A stretch of DNA of 64,000 nt from Raillietiella orientalis (lineage: Eukaryota): positions 868,001 to 932,000 of the forward strand of contig JAYWIR010000012.1 in assembly GCA_036172245.1 (NCBI GenBank), given 5' to 3'. Position numbers and translations under genes: made by a program. How positions within the stretch are numbered: position 1 is the first letter of the stretch; each line of letters opens with the position of its first letter. Shown here piece after piece: positions 62,231 through 64,000 of the stretch. The notes under the pieces are model-generated. The model had not been told where the DNA came from. It searched no databases and saw nothing but the letters and a program-made list of their open reading frames with translations.

Positions 62231-63419
62231 ATCCAGGCGCAACCCTTGCTTCACTCAGAAGGGCGAAAGGCGGACTTCCATTGTCTCCGTAGACAAAGCG
62301 TTTGCTCAACAGCTTGATCTTTCCACCGCACTTCCTGAGCCCAAGGATGATAACGGCTGACACTTTCTGTCAGTTTTTTTTCTTTTCTTCTTTCTCCCTA
62401 GATGGCACTCTGGAGAGTGCTGTCTGCAAGACATCAGCTGTGAGGTTTGATGTTCGGTCCAGTCTTCGAGGATGGAAACTCGAGTAAACCAGGTCTGTGT
62501 TCGAAGCTTCGTTGGTCAGACCTCGCAGTCCTTCTCCTTCGCTAAGGCTGAAGCCCTCTCTAGAGTAGCTGATATCTCAGCATCGCTCGTTATGAGCGAT
62601 GGTCACAAGGTCATCCGAGACCTCCTTTCGAGGTCGAACTGCGCAAATCTTGCTTCTTGAGCAGCTCGTCGAAAACGGTGCAGCAGGTCACTAATTGCAG
62701 AAATGCAAGCCACTGACCAGCGACGACCTGACCTGATGATAGCAGCCCGCTAAAATCCATACCCCAACCAAGGTGAACCGTATTTTCGAAGAGAAGAGAG
62801 ATTCCGTGCCGCCGCTGAGGAGGGGCCAGGTGCCGACATCTGTGGATGGGCACCGAAGCGTACTTGGTTGATGTTCACGAAGCAGCCGTCAAAAGGCTGC
62901 ATCCTCAGGACAAGAAGGGGAAACTCCATGTCCTCCAGGCAGATGGTACTCTACTCCCTCTGAAACGCGCCACGTCAGGGATGCCGAATCAAACGCAGAG
63001 CAGCAGCGTCTATCCATCTGCAGCTGCAGACGGAGAGAAACTGCTCCAGAATCCTGGCGGGAGATCCTCCTCCACAGCCCCTTCCTGGTGTGACGGAGGG
63101 ATGAGGAAGAGTCATGCCGTGCCCTCTGCCTGCAGGTGGATTTCTTCCGAGAGCTGGCGCCCCGTTGCTGGGCAGCGGCTGAGATAGGACCGCCGTGGCC
63201 CTGAGAGACCACTGCGAGAGCACCAACGAGTCACAGCGAGCTCCTGGAAAGAGTCGGTGCGTGTCCAAAGCAGCAGCCTGTGCCTTCCAGTCCTCAGCAA
63301 TGGATCTCTTCTTTCCTCCGGTGAGGCCGAGACCTCCAGCTGCTGCTTTGCCGCACCGGCTAGAAAGACGAGTCTCCTGCTGCTGCCTTTGTCGAGCGAA
63401 CTGCTGAGGAATGACGTAG

Positions 63420-63690
63420 AAGAGCTCACAGAAGGATCGACGCCCGCCCGAGTCGGGTTGGCGCTGACCGCGGTAAGAGGAGGGAGGAAAGTTCTCCCAG
63501 TCCCACTGCCGTCTATCCAGTCTGCTGATTCGGTCCCCTCTGGACTCCTGCAATGCTGACCCGGGAGGCCGACGGGTCCCGGAGCCGTCTCCAGTTCCTC
63601 CCTGCTGTTTTGCAAGCCTCGGAATTCGGAAAATCCCGTTTTCCTCCCACCTGCTACCCTGAGAACCGGATTCCGTCCGTCGCCCCCTTG
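63420..63690 (-). repeat. Dispersed repeat, homologous to 35780-36060
   Basis: Shared ACT/CCTTCCTCCCTCCTCTTACCG..GTCAGCGCCAA.CCGAC core. Confidence 0.7.
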
Positions 63691-64000
63691 AGCTCTTCCT
63701 GCCTCCGCTTCCGGTCTCTCTCTTCGTCCACAGCCTCCCTGAAAGGGAAAGGAAGCTCCCTCTTATAATCTCCCTACTCATCGCCCCCCTGTGCCCTTCT
63801 CTGTAGCTCTCTCCCTCAGCTCCAGTGCGGGACGAAGAGCGCCTGCGACCACTCACGGAGAGAGATCCCAGGTCTTCTCTCCATGCGGTCTTCTTTGTTA
63901 AGATGCCGCAGGGCGAGAGAGCGGTAGCCCCGCTTCGCAAACCGCTCGCATCGCCTTCGACGTGATGGCGGACTCGGCAAAGGCTCTTCTGCCCTCAAGC

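Overview
Eukaryotic (probably invertebrate animal) genomic DNA dominated by decayed non-LTR retrotransposons. Two classes are present. (1) More than a dozen fragments of L1/Tx1-clade elements: triple zinc-knuckle ORF1, APE start WNVNG..LQE, C-terminal CxxC..E..HLL.DC finger. They end in a conserved AATAAAC + stem-loop + GTGA(A/T)AATC motif rather than poly(A). (2) Several RLE-type elements (Utopia/NeSL-like), one nearly full length at 5.6-10.7 kb. Two spliced host genes can be reconstructed on the minus strand: a secreted fasciclin (FAS1) domain protein (42158-44523, one GC-AG intron) and an LPAAT/AGPAT acyltransferase (50495-51604). The most striking structure is a U2 snRNA copy at 28597-30395, split in three by two different retrotransposons: a Utopia element at its canonical U2 site and an antisense Tx1 element with a 15 bp TSD about 40 nt downstream. 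There is also an intronless ORF with an ungapped BAF (barrier-to-autointegration)-like segment (23426-24019) and a small tRNA-like SINE family. All calls are from reading the sequence by eye; no searches were run, and boundaries of decayed elements are approximate.
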